Positions 29,720-45,500 of a DNA stretch of 124,000 nucleotides are shown piece after piece. Each line of letters begins with the position of its first letter. Within the stretch, counting starts at the first letter, position 1. The position numbers were made by a program, and so were the translations under genes. Below the pieces are notes generated by a model that was given only the letters and a program-made list of their open reading frames with translations, did no database searches and was not told the DNA's origin. The DNA is from Octopus vulgaris (taxonomy: Eukaryota), in assembly GCA_951406725.2 (NCBI GenBank), contig OX597821.1, forward strand, positions 102,196,001 through 102,320,000. The letters run 5' to 3'.

Positions 29720-32700
29720 CTGGAATATAAAATAAAAAGAAAATAATATAAAATAATATAAAAAAGAGAAAAAAGAAAGAAAAGTGCTGGAAGCCTACCA
29801 ATTGGTTAGCTGGCCAAATAACCAGTCAATGGTTTTTAAAAAAAATGTTTATGTTGCCTGGTGCAGTAACAAATCTGCCAGCTTGCTGCCCTATACTACT
29901 ACTACTAACAATAATGATAATAATAATAATTATGGCTTCAAATTTTGGCACAAGGTCAGCAAAGTTGGGGGAGGGGGATAAATTAATTACATCAACCTCA
30001 GTGCTTGGTTCTCATTTTATCAACTCTGAAAGGACGAAAGGCAAAATCGACCTCAGCAGAATTTGAACTCATAATGTAAAGATAGACAAAATGCTGCTAA
30101 GCATTTTGCCCAGCGTACTAATGATTCTACCAGCTTGCCGCCTTACTACTTACTACTAATAATAATAATCCTTTCTACTAACAGCACAAGCCTGAAATTT
30201 TGGGGTGAGGGTTAGTTGATTATATAAATCCCAGTACATAACTGGTACCTATTAAGTCGACCTCGGCTGAATTTGAACTCAGAACACAAGGAGTGATGAA
30301 CTGTCACTTGTCACTAAGCATTTTGCCTGGCATGCTAATGATTCTTCCAGCTCACCATCTTAATAATAATAATAATAGGAGGAGTCAGGAAGATACTCTG
30401 CAAGAAATGGAAACAAAATTGAAAGAAGAAAAAACTCATAATAATGTGTTGCTTACTCTAATCACAGCTAGAATATTGTTGAGCACATGTCTGCTACTAT
30501 TGGCATCTAGTGGACCCTGAAGAACTGCAGAATCAATAAGGATCTGACATAATCCAGAATATTCTTGTAAACCTAAAATAGTGGAAACGAAAAATATACT
30601 ACAAAAAAATCTCATGTTTAATATTCAAATGATTTATACAATTGAATCATCATCATCATTTAACATCCGCTTTCCATACTAGCATGGGTTGGATGATTTG
30701 ACTGAGGACTGGCAAACCAGATGGCTGCACCAGGCTCCAATCTGATCTGGCAGAGTTTCTACAGCTGGATGCCCTTAACGCCAACCACTCCGAGAATGTA
30801 GTGGGTGCTTTTATGTGCCACTGGCACGAGGGCCAGTCAGGTGGGACTGGCAACGGCCACGCTCAAGTGGTGTTTTTTACATGCCACCTGCATAGGAGCC
30901 AGTCCAACAGCACTGGCAACGACCTCGCTCAAATGTTTTCCGTGTGCCACCAGCACAAGTGCCAGTAAGGTGACACTGGTAACGATCACGCTCGGATGGT
31001 GCTCTTAGCACTCCACTGGCACGGGTCCCAGTCATTGAATTTGCAAATTTGACTTGATTTCGATTTCACTTGCCTCAAAGGTCTTTGCAAACAGAGTTTA
31101 GTGTCCAATGAAGGAAAGGTATGCATAAGTGGGCTGGTTACACTCCTGGTATAGGCCACGGGTTATGGTCTCACTTGGCTTGCCGGGTCTTCTCACAGAC
31201 TAAAAGACTGACCTTCCTATTGATTTCGCTGAACTCTTGTTGATAACTTATTTGTTTCACACAAAATACACTAACAAACCTCATGTACTTGGTAGAGCAG
31301 TAGGAATTTCTGGTACCATAAAATGAAGTCATATCCTAGGTTGGAGAGGACTTTTTAGTCCTGTTGAGGATATAGCTACCTCTCTAATGCTAGTGCCATG
31401 ATACAATGCACCCAATACACTGTGTAAGGTGGTTGGTGATAAGAAGAGCATCCAGTGGTAGAAATCAAGCCAAGGATCAGATTGGGGCTTGGTGCAGCCT
31501 CCTGCCTTGCCAGTCAAATCATCCAATCCATGCCAGCATGGAAAACGGACGTTAAACAATGATGATGATGAAATATACAAAAAAGCAGGGTGAGTGTCTT
31601 CTACTACAGCTCCAGGCTGACCAAAGCCTTGTGAGTGGATTTGGTAGTCAGAAACTAAAAAAGCCTGCTGTATATACTGTGTGTGTATGTGTAGGGGTGT
31701 ATTTGAGTGTGTGTGTGTCTGGTTTCCTTGTCTGGTCATCATGCGATGACTGCAAATGAGCATCACTGTTATAAAAGAGATGATGTTTTTTTTCCAGTCT
31801 GTCGTGAAAAACATGTCTGGCAATGGAGAAATATTATCTTGTTTAGGAAACAGGTGAGAGTTGGCAACAGGAAGGACATCTAGTTGTAAAAACCACACCA
31901 AACAGTCAAGCCAGATGCAGTCTTTTGGCTTGCCAGCTCCTGTCAAACTGTCCAGTCCATATGACAGCATGAAAAATGGACAGTAAATGATGATGAGGAT
32001 CACACACACACACACACATGTATTAATGTATGAGTATATGTGTTTGTGTGTGTGTATGTGTGTTTACAGCAGACTCATGCCTGGTAAATCCATGGGACAT
32101 GGATTTTTTTCTGAAGGTAAAGTACAATCATGTGAGGTTTGAACTTAGACTGTAAAGAGACGTAACCAAATACCACACAGTACCGACCTCTAACAATTGT
32201 ACCATATCAGTGTGTATTTTTGAAATTCCATTCCAAACAAACCTAGTTTTCCTTCTTCACATACACACAGAGAGTCAGACATGCACATCAACAAAGAGAC
32301 TTCTATATGGTTGTTTGACTCACAAGAAATAGCAACCAAACATCCCTTGAGTCATATGCTACAGTCTTAAAAATGGAAGGACATGATACAGAATGTAGTC
32401 TCTGATAAAATAAACCTGGAGAGATGCTCACACTGAACTGTCTTTTGAGCAGAGATTTGGTTTTGAATAGGGAACTGCCCTGAGATTGAACATCAACATT
32501 AAATACATACAAACATGCATCCTGCATTCCTGGATGCATCTTGCCTTCCCAGATGCAACCAGCATTCTCACATGCATTCTGCATTCACACATGCAAGCAG
32601 AAAATATAAATAGTGAAATATTGAAAAGAAAAAAGAAAACTTACCTGTAATATCGAAGAAAGGTACAACTGGGAGAAAATTTGCTTGACAAGGCACAACA

Positions 32701-35700
32701 AGTTGTTTCTGGTGTAAAAGATGCTTCAAAAACTGACAAACCAGAATACATTCTGAACTTAACAAATTAGGAATTAGCTGAAAAAGAAAATTGACAATAG
32801 AAACTACTATGTGATGCTCCAGCATGGTCACCCAGCCCAATACTAAGTGATTAGTGAAAGAATAAAAAAATCATCATCATCAACATTTAACGTCCGCTTT
32901 CCATGCTAGCATGGGTTGGACGATTTTGACTGAGGTCTGGCGAACAACCAGATGGCTGCGCCAGGCTCCAATCTTGATCTGGCAGAGTTTCTACAGCTGG
33001 ATGTCCTTCCCAACGCCAGGAAATAGAAGTATATATTTTCCATGGCTAAGAGACATGAGCATTTTTACACATACATATACAAAGGATGGATGTTTAGTTT
33101 CTGCTTATCAAATTCACTCAGCCTGAGGCTGTAGCTAAAAGTGCCACACACACACATCATCATCATCATCATCATTCATTTAGCGTCCGTTTTCCATGCT
33201 AGCATGGGTTGGACGGTTCAACTGGGGTCTGGGGAGCCCGAAGGCTGCACCAGGCCAGTCAGATCTGGCAGTGTTTCTACAGCTGGATGCCCTTCCTAAC
33301 GCCAACCACTCCGAGAGTGTAGTGGGTGATTTTATGTGCCACCGACACAGGTGCCAGACGAGGCTGGCGAACGGCCACGCTCGGATGGTGTTTTTTATGT
33401 GCCACCGACACAGGTGCCAGACGAGGCTGGCAGACAGCCACGCTCGGATGGTGTTTTTACACACTTATATATATGATGATGATGATGATATATATATACA
33501 TACATACATACATACATATGGCACCACAACAGAATTGATTTCCTAAAACCAAGGTGCTACATGAAAAAGCACTGGTGTTGGTGCCACATAAAAAGCACCC
33601 AGTACACTCTGTAAAGTGGTTGGCATTAGGAGGGGCAGCCAGCTGTAGAAACTAAGCAAAAACAGACAATGGAACTGGGTGTGTACCCTGGCCTTGTCAG
33701 TTCCTATTAAGCTGTCCAACCTATGCCAGCTTCGAAAATGGACGTTAAATCATGATGATATATATGTGTGTGTGTGTGTATATACATAGTAATATATATG
33801 TGAAAAGGTTGAATTATAATTCATCCTTTTACTTTGGAGGGTTCCAAAAAAAGTGATTTCTAATAAAGATTCTTTATATTTTGCTGGTAGCTTACAGCCC
33901 CAAACTCTTGTTCTCGTTGCATTCTAGCAGCCTCCTATATACTACATTCACTAGCTTAATTTCATTCTCATGCATAAATTTTTTTTCAAGGACACACCAT
34001 ACCGAATATTGCTTGTAACTGTCAAGTCATATCCTAATTCAAACATAACTATGCTTTTTCCATTGGACATCTCTATAAAACCACTACATTTGTTCATCCA
34101 ATAAATGACTTATTTATCTACTTACTCTTCTATAGAGGGAATGTCTCTTAAAACCTTTTTCACTCATATTTTCAAATAACCGTTAGTTGCCTCAGTTTTA
34201 GCTTATACACAACTAAACTCACATTCTTTATTAAGATGCTCTCAATTTTCATAAGGATAAATATGTATATCCAAATTTGTTCTCTGCTATTTCCTTCATC
34301 AAGTCCTCTGTAATAATAATTTTTGATTATGCTTCTTGCACTGAGAAGAACAGTGATATGTAATTAATTTAATTTAATCAAATTAATTTAATTATACTAC
34401 CATGAATTTACATGTTAATATCGCTGTTTGAAATGATCGTATGTATGTACTAAAATTCTTTTAAATTTTAACATCTCTTCTCCATTTTTAACAAACTTGT
34501 TGAGTTCTATAGGATACCTTTCCATAAATTCACATAACACACTATATATATATATATATGATAGATAGAGAGAGATATATACTGGCTGCATGGTTAAAAA
34601 GAAGTTTGCTTTCCAATCATATGGTTTGGGGTTCAGTCCCACTGTGTAGCACCTTGGGCGAGTAAGTATCTTCTAGTATAGCCCTGAGCCAACTAAAGCC
34701 TTGTGAGTGGATCTGATAAGCAGAAACTGAAAGTAACCCATCATAAGTATGTGTGTGTGTGTCCCTGTGCATCACCCATCATACAAGTGGTGTCCCTCAT
34801 TTCTAATATCCTGTAAAAGCACATCTGCCCCATGGCAAAATATTACCTTGTTTGGAAACAGGTGAAGCTTGGCAACAGAAAGGGCATCCAACCGCAGAAA
34901 ATCTTGGTCGATGCCAGTGCTGGCTGATTGGTCCTGTACTGGTGGCATATACAAAGCACCATTCAAGTGTGGTTGTTGCCAGTGCCGCCTGACTGGCTCC
35001 CATGTGTTGGTGGCATGTAAAAAGCACCATTCAAGCATGGTCAATGGCAGTACTGCCTGACTGGCCCATGTACCGGTGGCATGTAAAAAACACCCACTAC
35101 ACTCATGGAATGGTTGGCGTTAGGAAGGGCATCCAGCTGTAGAAACTTTGCCAGATCAGATTGGGGCATGGTGCAGCCTTCTGGTTTGACAGCTCTCAGT
35201 CAAACCATCCAACCCACGCCAGCATGGAAAGTGGACATTAAACGATGATGATGATGAAGCAGGAGTAAAGTGGACATTAAAAAAACTGAAGACAATGACA
35301 TTATACTTATCAAACTCACCTGAGCCAAAGCTAGACAAACATGATCTCTGCTTAGATGTAAATTGCTAGGGAAATGTTCACTCATCTCTTGACAAAATTC
35401 CTCATCAATACTGACAAATCTCAGAAGGTTCAATGTTTGAGAAAGATCTACAAAGAAAACTTTATTGTGTAAAATGAAGGAATTTCTGTGGCCATGATGT
35501 CTTGGCATTTAATTATAATTTATAGCAGTGTGCAACACAAATATTATTTCAATGACAAAATATCAAAAATTAATGTCATATAATACAAATTTTGTTGCTA
35601 GTTTGGATTTTAACCAAACGAGGAAGAAGAAAAGGATAAATTAAGTACATACCACAGTCATGTAGTAAATTCTGTGTCTTGAGGAATTGACAGCAAATTG

Positions 35701-36559
35701 ACTGGTTCACCTGCAGAATGGAACGATTATCTTGTTATACACATCTGTAGTAATTTTCATCTTCAAATTGCAAAATGGTATTTTAAATCAACCAACATGT
35801 CCTTTAGTATGAAATAGAACATTCTGTTCTTTGCAAAAAGCACTCATTCATCATCATCGTTTAGCATCCGCTTTCCATGCTAGCATGGGTTGGACAGTTT
35901 AACTGGGGTCTGGGAAGCCAGAAGGCTGCACCAGGCCCAGTCTTATCTGGCAATGTTTCTACGGCTGGATGCCCTTCTTAACGCCAACCACTCCATGAGT
36001 GTAGTGGGTGCTTTTTACGTGACACCGGCACAGGTGCCAGACGAGGTTGGCAAACGGCCACGATCGGATGGTGCTTTTTACGTGCCACAAAAGCTGTCAG
36101 CTGTGCACCTCAGAATCTTATGAAATTCTATTCTCATCCTCCAACTACTTAATGACATTCAGGATTAAACCGATCTTGCAGATATAAAATTTTTAAAACT
36201 TTAAATATTTCAAACCAATTATCATCATCATTGTTTAACGTCTGCTCTCCATACTAGCATGGGTTGGATGATTTGACTGAGGACTGGCGAACCAGATGAC
36301 TGCACCAGGCTCCAATCTGATCTGGCAGAGTTTCTACAGCTGGATGCCCTTCCTAACGCCAACCACTCTGAGAGTGGAGTGGGTGCTTTTACGTGCCAGT
36401 AAGGTAACGCTGGTAACGATCACACTCGAATGGTGCTTTTTACGTGCCACCGGCATGGAAGCCAGTTAGCTGCTCTGATAACGATCACACTTGGAATTAC
36501 TCACGCTCGGATTATATTTTCCAAATTTAATAAAACATAATATTAATTATGTAAGTACA

Positions 36560-36594
<35 letters not shown>

Positions 36595-39500
36595 ATTATT
36601 TTAACCTCAATTCAGCCTTGAGTAAACAAACCTATGATTAAAGGCATTCCTACCATTTTCTTTTTATCTCTGATTACCTGATTAGCTTATACTTACATCA
36701 TTCTCATTTATACACAACAGCTTCCTAAGTCTGAATTTAACTGTCCAGTCCAAAGATTTTATTTCTTCTTTCAACCACAACACAATATTTCCTGTAAAAA
36801 TGATCAGGAAAGAAACAAGAGAAAACAAATCAACATCTCCACATTTTATGAAATAAAATACAATCATAGCCTATGAAAACATATTTAAGATTATCTTTTC
36901 TTGTCTGATTTTATGATGTGTAATCTTTATACTTTAGTAGAATCACCATCCGAACGTGGTGGATGCCAGTGCCACCTTGACTGGCTTCTGTGTCAGTGGC
37001 GCGTGACCTGCTGTGCTTGAGGAGACTTATTGAGTCAAGTACATCAACATCAAAATGAATATCAAATGGAAATTGTAGTTGTGATACCTGTGCCGGTGGC
37101 ACGTAAAAGACACCATCCGAATGTGGCCGATGCCAGCTCCACCATGACTGGCTTCTGTGCCGGTGGCACGTAAAAAGCACCAACCGATTGTGGCCGCTAC
37201 CAGCCTCCCCTGGCACGTAAAAAGCACCCACTACACTCACAGAGTGGTTGGCATTAGGAAGGGCATCCAGCTGTAGAAACACTGCCAGATCAGACTGGAG
37301 CCTGGTGCAGCCTTCTGGCTTCCCAGAACCCAGTTGAACCATCCAACCTGTGCTAGCACGGAAAACGGACGTTAAATGATGATGATGATGACGAATCCAA
37401 CATTTAGTAATTGGTCATAAAAAATTGACATAATTCTCTACGTATGGTTAAAAAGCTTGCTTCCCAACCATGTCGTCTTGAGTTCAATTCAACTGTGTGA
37501 CACCTTGGGCATGTCTTCTACTACAGCTAGGCCCAGGTTAATCAACAAATGCAGTGAATTTCAACCATAATATGCTAAGAAAAGGGTTAATTAAATTGGT
37601 CTTTTCTTCACCCATCATATATCTTTTTCCTTGTTTCATTCATTAGACTGTGGCCATGCTGGAGCACCATCTTGAACAACTTCAATTGAACAAATCAACC
37701 ACAGTGCTTTTCTTTTCTTAAAGCCTGGCACTTATTCTGTTGGTCTCTTCTGCTGAACTGCCAAGTTACTGGGATGTAAACTCACCAGCACCGTTAAGCA
37801 GTGGAGTGGGAGGCAAACACACACATTGAACGGGCTTCTTTCAGTTATAGTCTCACAAATCTACTCACGATGCTTTGATCAGCCCGAGGTTATAGTAGAA
37901 GACACTTGCCCATATGCCATGCAGTGGGACTGAACCTGGAACCATGTGCTTGGGAAGCAAACTTCTTACCACACAGCCATATTATATATATATATGTGTG
38001 TGTGGAAGGGTGTGCCTCTCAGGTGGAGGTCTAAAAAGACATGTTAAGAGAGTGTATATGGTGACACCTGTTTCTCCTGCCAGCCAACCAGCACAGCTGT
38101 CTAGCATATGATAAAATGTGTAAAAGCTTGGCTGGGCTTAAAAGTCATATAAGGGCATCACATGGCAAGAATCATGAATCATTTCAGTAAGTCTTCTTGG
38201 CAATGGCTTTTCTCGTGTAACGAGGATGCAGCTGTGATATATATATATATATATATATATAATTATTTGAGGGAATATTAATCCAAACTTACAGGGAAAA
38301 AAATTCAATTTAGAAATACTAAATCAAATTTCACACAATATAATATATATATATATATAAAAATTAGAAAAAAAAACACCTTTTATCAATTCAAAATGAA
38401 CAATTCTTATAATTTTAATATTTCTATTATATGTAATTTTCTAGATGGTGTAATTTAATCGTTCATTTTGAATTGATAAAAGGTGTTTTTTGTCTAATTT
38501 ATATATATATATATAGCTAACCTTGTGCAACATGAACAAAGTAAGCTCTTCTGTGGCACATATTATGAGCAGGCCTCTAGTCTGAGGATAATCCATAGCT
38601 CATGAATCTTGGGATACCCCCTCTATCCTTCCTATTGTCAGAAGTACTAAAGAGTGCTACTCCTTGTACCCAGATGAAATGACTGAAAAAAAAAGGTAAA
38701 CAAAGATGAATGAATATATAAATTCTGACTCACCTTGAACAAGAGTATAATTGTTTATCAAGATCTCAACCACTTGATCTATTAAACTAATCAGCAGTGC
38801 TTTCATGTTGACCAATTGTTTTGCTTGGTTGACATCTTCCCAGAATTCAGTGCAGTCATTCAATGCATAACAGAACTGTAGAAGGACAACATGGAGCTGT
38901 ATGTTGTCAAGACACGATTTAATCTGGGATTCTTCACAGCTGAACACAACTGATGCCAAATGTAACAGCAAGACAGGGTTATGGAGGTGGCAGTCGGTTG
39001 AAGTAAGTAAATGAAGATGTGGTAGGATATAAATTCTGAGAATTTCAGTAGTCTGCAGGAGAATTTGTTTTATTCCATATTTTTGGCAAACACCTATGGA
39101 AAATGGCTGGAGATGAGGTGGGAAAAAGAAAGTAAACCAAAATATAAAAATCTTCATCATCATCATCATCAACATCATTCAACGTCCATTTTCTATGCTG
39201 GCATGGGTTAGATGGCTTGACAGGAACTGGCAGGGCCAGGGGGCTGCACCAGTCTCCATTGTCTGTTCTGGCATGATTTCTAAGGCTTAATGCCACCCCT
39301 AACACCACTTCATAGAGTGTAGTGGGTGCTTTTTACATAGCATCAGCACCAATGCTTTTTATGTGGCAAAGAACAATATAATATATAATTCTGCTAATAT
39401 AAGATTTCTGGGGGTTATTATACCCATCAGGCATGGTGGCTGTGTGGTTAAGAAGTCTGCTTGACAAAACTTGTGATCCTGGGATCAATCCTGTTGGGTG

Positions 39501-42500
39501 ACAGACAACATTGGATATGCAGAAAAGAAATATGAGTGCACAAGAAGTGCAGTTAGATTAGAGACAGGTTGACAGAGAAGGACTTTGTCTGTAGCAGTTG
39601 CAGTGTTAGTGTGCATGGGCTGAAAGGACAATTAAAAGGAATCAGATGTTGTGTGCAAGAGAGAAGGCTGAGCTGGTATGGACAAGGGATGTGTATGGAG
39701 GATGGCAGTTGAGAAGAGAGTTGTAAAGTGATCTGTGGGAAAGGAAGACAAGGGAAAACATGGTGAAAGTTGATCTTGAGATGCTGGATCTCATGAAAAG
39801 ATGGACAAGTGTCTGCAACAAGCAACAAGTGCTGTGTTGGAGATGACTCAGCCAACCCTTGCAAGCATAGAAAAAACAAATGTAAATATGTATCATCATC
39901 ATTATTTAATGTCTGGTTTCCTTACTGGCATGGGTTGGATGCTTTGACAGGATCTGACGAGCTACAGAACTGTCAAACAAGGCGGCGAGCTGGCAGAAAC
40001 GTTAGCACACTGGGTAAAATGCTTAGCGGTATTTCGTTTGCCGCTACGTTCTGAGTTCAAATTCCACCGAGGCTGACTTTGCCTTTCATCCTTTCGGGGT
40101 CAATTAAATAAGTACCAGTTACGCATTGGGGTCGATACAATCGACTTAATTCATTTGTCTGTCCCCACTGTGTGTAGCCCCTTGTGGGCATTAAAGAAAT
40201 AAGAACTGTCAACTTTGAGATGGCTTCAATGGCTGAATACCCTACCTAATACCAACCACTTTACATTGAGTATTCAATGCTTTTGTTTTCATGCAGCTAG
40301 TATTAGCCAGGCCACCAAATAACTTGCAACAGAAGTTGGGCCTTCGTAAGTGTCAACTATGGAGTGAGGAAGTATTTAAGAGGAAGAGGTGGTTTTATAC
40401 CAGGTGTTGAGAGGTTTAAGTATGATAGAGGGACAAACACAGGTGCCTAGCTATAGAGGAGATACATAGCTACCCAACATTATATAAGGGTGGATGGGAG
40501 TAGCTGGAAAGAAAATGGAGATGATGGTGACAAGATGCCAGAGCTGTTTAAGATAAAAATATGTGTGTCTAAGAGACAAGCCCTTTGGCGATATGCTGTG
40601 CCTAAGAAGACTCGTCAAGCCAAGTGAAATCTTAGTTGTGACCAATGGTGGTGTCATGTAACTGGCACCCATGCCAATGGCATATAAAATACATTCAATA
40701 TATTCTGGGAATAGTTGGCATTAGAAAGGGCATCCAGCCATAACGACTAAGTCAAAATCGAACTGGAACCTGGTGCAGCTCTCCAGCTTACCAGTTTTCA
40801 GTCAAACCATTTAACCCATGCCAGCATGGAAAGCAGATGTTAAATAATGATGATATATATATATAATTAACAAATATGTATTAAAATAATCATACTGTTA
40901 AAAGCTGCTGCAAAAGTTTAATGAAAGTATTTTGCTGTTTTTCATCCATTGGTTCTGAGGAGGTAATTTCAAATAGCTGAGAACCAAGAAGACTCTCTGA
41001 TAGTAGATCTTCATCTTCAATGGTTGTATAACGTTTCTTAGACTTGCAAGAATTTGGTAACAGCTGCAACATCTGAAAATAAAGGAGGAAAATAAAAGTG
41101 AAAGATGGATTTTCTTTAAATGTTCACCTTCCTAGCCCGCTACATTTATGCTGGGAAGTAAAAAGAGCCAATCTGCTCAAGAGAAAAAAAAACTGTTGAA
41201 TGTCTATTAACTCTTGATACAAACCCACCGAGATCACCCATGGTTCTATGATACAAACTTCATGTTTCTAAAAATTCTAAATTAGAACCTTTCATCAAAA
41301 TTTCATATCAATTTATATTCAAAAACCAGCTCAATAATGACAAAATTATTTTACTAAATTCTTAATTACTTTAAAAAATTAATTGAAACAAAGACAGAGT
41401 ATTTCAGCAGAAATGTACCAAAATGGTTTATATATTTGTGTGGTTAAGCAGTTCCATCATATATATGTATATATATATATAATAATAGAAGGGTAAAATT
41501 TATTAATTAATTAATCAATTAACAATTTTAACAAGTAGATCGGTATGTTAAAATAACCTTTATAGGTAAAATTATCCACATAATTATAACTAGGGTTCAG
41601 CTAACTGCTTCACCACATACCAAAATTAGAAATAGGAGTTAAAAATTCCTTTCCTGCTACTATAAGAATCTTCATGACGGTAAACATACTTTTTTATGAA
41701 GGCAAAGAGAAAAACGATGAACCAACGCGACCAGGATTAATTATATACGCGTTCCGAGATTATAGTAATTCAATTTTACTTACTTCTCTCTTCAGTATAA
41801 TATTTCCAATTTTTATAAAATTTGAAAGTGCTAGGGCTGAATATACACACAATTGAGTGTCATCATGTAACAGATATCCAACCAATACTTCTAAATTTTT
41901 AACTCCTGTTTCTAATTTCGGTATGTGGTGAAGTAGTTAGCTGAACCCTAATTACGATTATCATCATCATCATCATCATCGTTTAACGTCTGCTTTCCAT
42001 GGGTTGGACGATTTTGACTGAGGGCTGGTGAACCAGATGGCTGCAATCTTGATCTGGCAGAGTTTCTACAGCTGGATGCCCTTCTTAACACCAACCACTC
42101 CGAGAGTGTAGTGGGTGCTTTTTACATGCCACCGGCATGGGGGCCAGTCAGGTGGTACTGGCAATGACCTCGCTCGAATCTTTCTACACATTCCACTGGC
42201 ACAGGTGCCAGTAAGGCGATGTTGGTAACGATCACGCTCGAATGGTGCCCTTTTACGTGCCACGGCACGGGGGTCAGTCAGATGGTACTGGCAATGATCT
42301 CGCTCGAATCTTTTTACACATGCCACTGGCACAGGTGCCATATATGTATATGTACATATCATGTACTTCCATACAATTTCTGCCCGGGATTAAGATCAAG
42401 TTCTGCTTATGATGTGCTTGTTTCCAGGCAGGGTGTTCAATTCTGCATGTTTCAGTTGCTTTACAACCATTGTGTGTGTGTGTGTGTGTGCATAGATATA

Positions 42501-45500
42501 TGTACATTTAAACAATCAAGGAAAGGTAACTCCTGCTATAATATGTCAAAATATCATGGGAAGAGTGTGAAAAATTAATATAACCTTTTAACTTTACATA
42601 CAATAGCAACATCGGTTGTTAAGCAATGTTGGAGGTACAAACACAGATATAATCACACATAAATATATATATATATGTGTGTGTGGAGGCGCAATGGCCT
42701 AGTGGTTAGGGCAGCGGACTCGCGGTTTCGATTCCCAGACCGGGTGTTGTGAGTGTTTATTGAGTGAAAACACCTACAAGCTCCTAGAGGCTCCGGCAGG
42801 GGGTGGTGATCCCTGCTGTACTCTTTCTTCTGTTGGCCTGCTCGCTTAGCCAGCGGGGTGGCGTCATTCAAAGGCTAAAACAATGCGAATGCATTGTGAC
42901 CAGCGATGTGTAACTACATCTGATGGACTGGTCGGTCACGTCACGTGATATATATATACGACGGGTTTCTTTCAGTTTCCGTCTACCAAATCCACTCACA
43001 AGGCTTTGGTTGGGCCCGAGGTTATAGTAGAAGACACTTGGCCAAAGTGCCATGCAGTGGGATTGAACCCAGAACCACACAGCCTATACACATAGGGTCA
43101 AAAACAAGAATATGTTGAGCAAATTCCATGCCAATCACTCATGTGGCTTTTGTTTTAATTTTGTTAAGGATATCTGCCTGTGGAGTAGCAGTACTATCTC
43201 AGATGGAGGGGGGGGGTTGTTCCATTGTGAGGAACACTTGAGCTCTGTATAAGGAATGGTATTGTAAGAATTAAGTTTTACAGTCTTACTTTAACGATGA
43301 CATCCATTTGTTTGGGATTTCTGAGAGCAGTGGCAACAGAGATCTTTATTATTGATTCGATATCCAACAAAGCATACTGGGAAATTTTGTAAGGAATCTG
43401 AAAGGATAAACACACAAAAGAGTCAAAACAGTACCAGAGAAAAATAGTCGTCTCCTTTGTCAAAAAAAAAAGAGAAAAAATCCCCCCAAAACCTGCACAT
43501 AAAAACTGAGCACTATCCATGTTTGGGAGCCAGTCAGGTGGCACTGGCATCAGCCACAACTACAATTTCCATTTTGATTTCAATTTGATTGAGATTCTGA
43601 TTGTGATTTTTGATTTTGATTTTACTTGACTCAATAGGTCTCCTCAAGCAAGGTGTGTCACCTGACGATTCAAAGGCACTTTTTAAATGGGCTGGTTATG
43701 CAACACTGGTATAGGCTACGGCTGTGATCTCACTTTACTTGCTGGGTCTTCTCAATCACTGCATATCTCCAGATGTTATGGTCCCGTCATTGCCTCTGTG
43801 AGGCTCAACATTCCACAAATTTTTGAAGAAAGAGAATGAATAGAGACAAACAGCAACTGATGACTGTGTTTAATAATATGACTATTCCAAAATATAACAA
43901 TATGAAACCAGCAACAGTGTATTTACATTAACCCTGGAGCATTCACATTACTCTGTCAAATGTGATCTAATTTATTCACACTGTTTTGAATTGATCATGC
44001 ATTATCTCATAGCTTCAAGATTTCAATAATGTGATTTTCAGGATGATATTATAGAGTAGGTATGAGAGGCTGGATCTGACCAGTTTGAACATAAAATTGG
44101 TAGAATATTTTGGCCAGGAATGGCCAGTAAGGAATGACAAAGAGTTACTATGGGCTATCATAACAGTATGGGTTTCAATACAAATTCAGATCAAAATTCT
44201 TACAAAAAAAATTCAAAAACATAATCTCTAATATACTGAGTAAACTAGGAAGCTTCTGTGTTGTCATTCAATTTGCAAGAAATAACAGTCAAATCTTGTT
44301 CTGCTATCTTAAAGAAACTTTGCTTATGTAATTCTATCCTACTCTGGAAAGAAACAGATTGGATAGTCGCAGTTGGAATGTACTTTTGATTTGCTTCATC
44401 AAAGAGGATCAAGGGTTAATTAACAACATGAATAACAAATATGGGAACATTAGCTATCTAAGGGAAAAGTTCAAGGATTCTTACAAATATCTTTTGCTTT
44501 TAAGAATTATGCAACCAAGCCAGATTAGAAGAGGGTCAAAGTGAATGTAGAAAAATTAGATTGAATAAAAATGCCCGAAAAGAATGCAGGAAAAATGTAT
44601 CAAAATTAAGAAATATAGAAGTTGTAACCTTTATGTCTCTAATTTCAGTAAGTTTATTCAATTCCATTGTGAATGGCTGCCTGAAATTAGACATTCTTCG
44701 CCACCAGGGTCTATTTTCTTCTTGATCTACGGCAAGGTAAGTCTGGCATATGATGTCATCTTGCAGAAATGATGGAAGGGATGCAAAAGCATTCAGCAAC
44801 ACCTTGAAATAAGAAATGGAAAATAACAGAAATACATTGGTTGCCAACACAGAGCCACAAATTTTGAGGAGGGGGAACGATATAACTGATTGTATTGACA
44901 TCGGTACTTGACTGTTACTTTAGTTGATTGACTGCCATCTCAAGGATAACATGAAATATTACAATCATCATTTAATGTCCATTTTCTTATTTCTTTATTG
45001 CCCACAAGGGGCTAAACATAGAGGGGACAAACAAGGACAGACAAAGGGGTTAAGTCGATTAGATCGACCCCGGTGCGTAACTGGTACTTAATTTATCGAC
45101 CTCGAAAGGATGAAAGGCAAAGTTGACCTCGGAGGAATTTGAACTCAGAACATAAAGATGGATGAGATAACGCTAAGCATTTTGCCTGGTGTGCTAACAA
45201 TTCTGACAGCTTGCTGCCTTAATAATAATAATAAATGCCCTGATGCAGTACCAGACAGTAGTTCCCATGGCTTCTGATCTTAACTGATTGGAAGTGATAT
45301 CATGTACATAATTTTATCTTGATACAAACGATGGGCCACAGCAAATATTCTGCTCAATACCACAGATTTGCTAGTCAGTTGTTTGACCGTAACTAGTTGA
45401 GCATGTCCCTTATTGGCTGACAATGTGTACATCTCTGATCATGAGCAGAAGTAGTGGGGGAGCATCATAGCCATGTGTTAAAAAGAATTTTTTGGGGCTT

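Noticed and set aside
36940-37230. About 50-bp direct repeats with variable inner sequence (CRISPR-like look); also 77560-77760 and 84985-85200
   Set aside because: The units are homologous along their whole length, lie inside an interspersed eukaryotic repeat, and have no unique spacers or cas genes.
42685-42740. tRNA-like heads of SINE families (A/B boxes)
   Set aside because: They continue into SINE bodies and lack a complete cloverleaf and terminator, so they are not tRNA genes.
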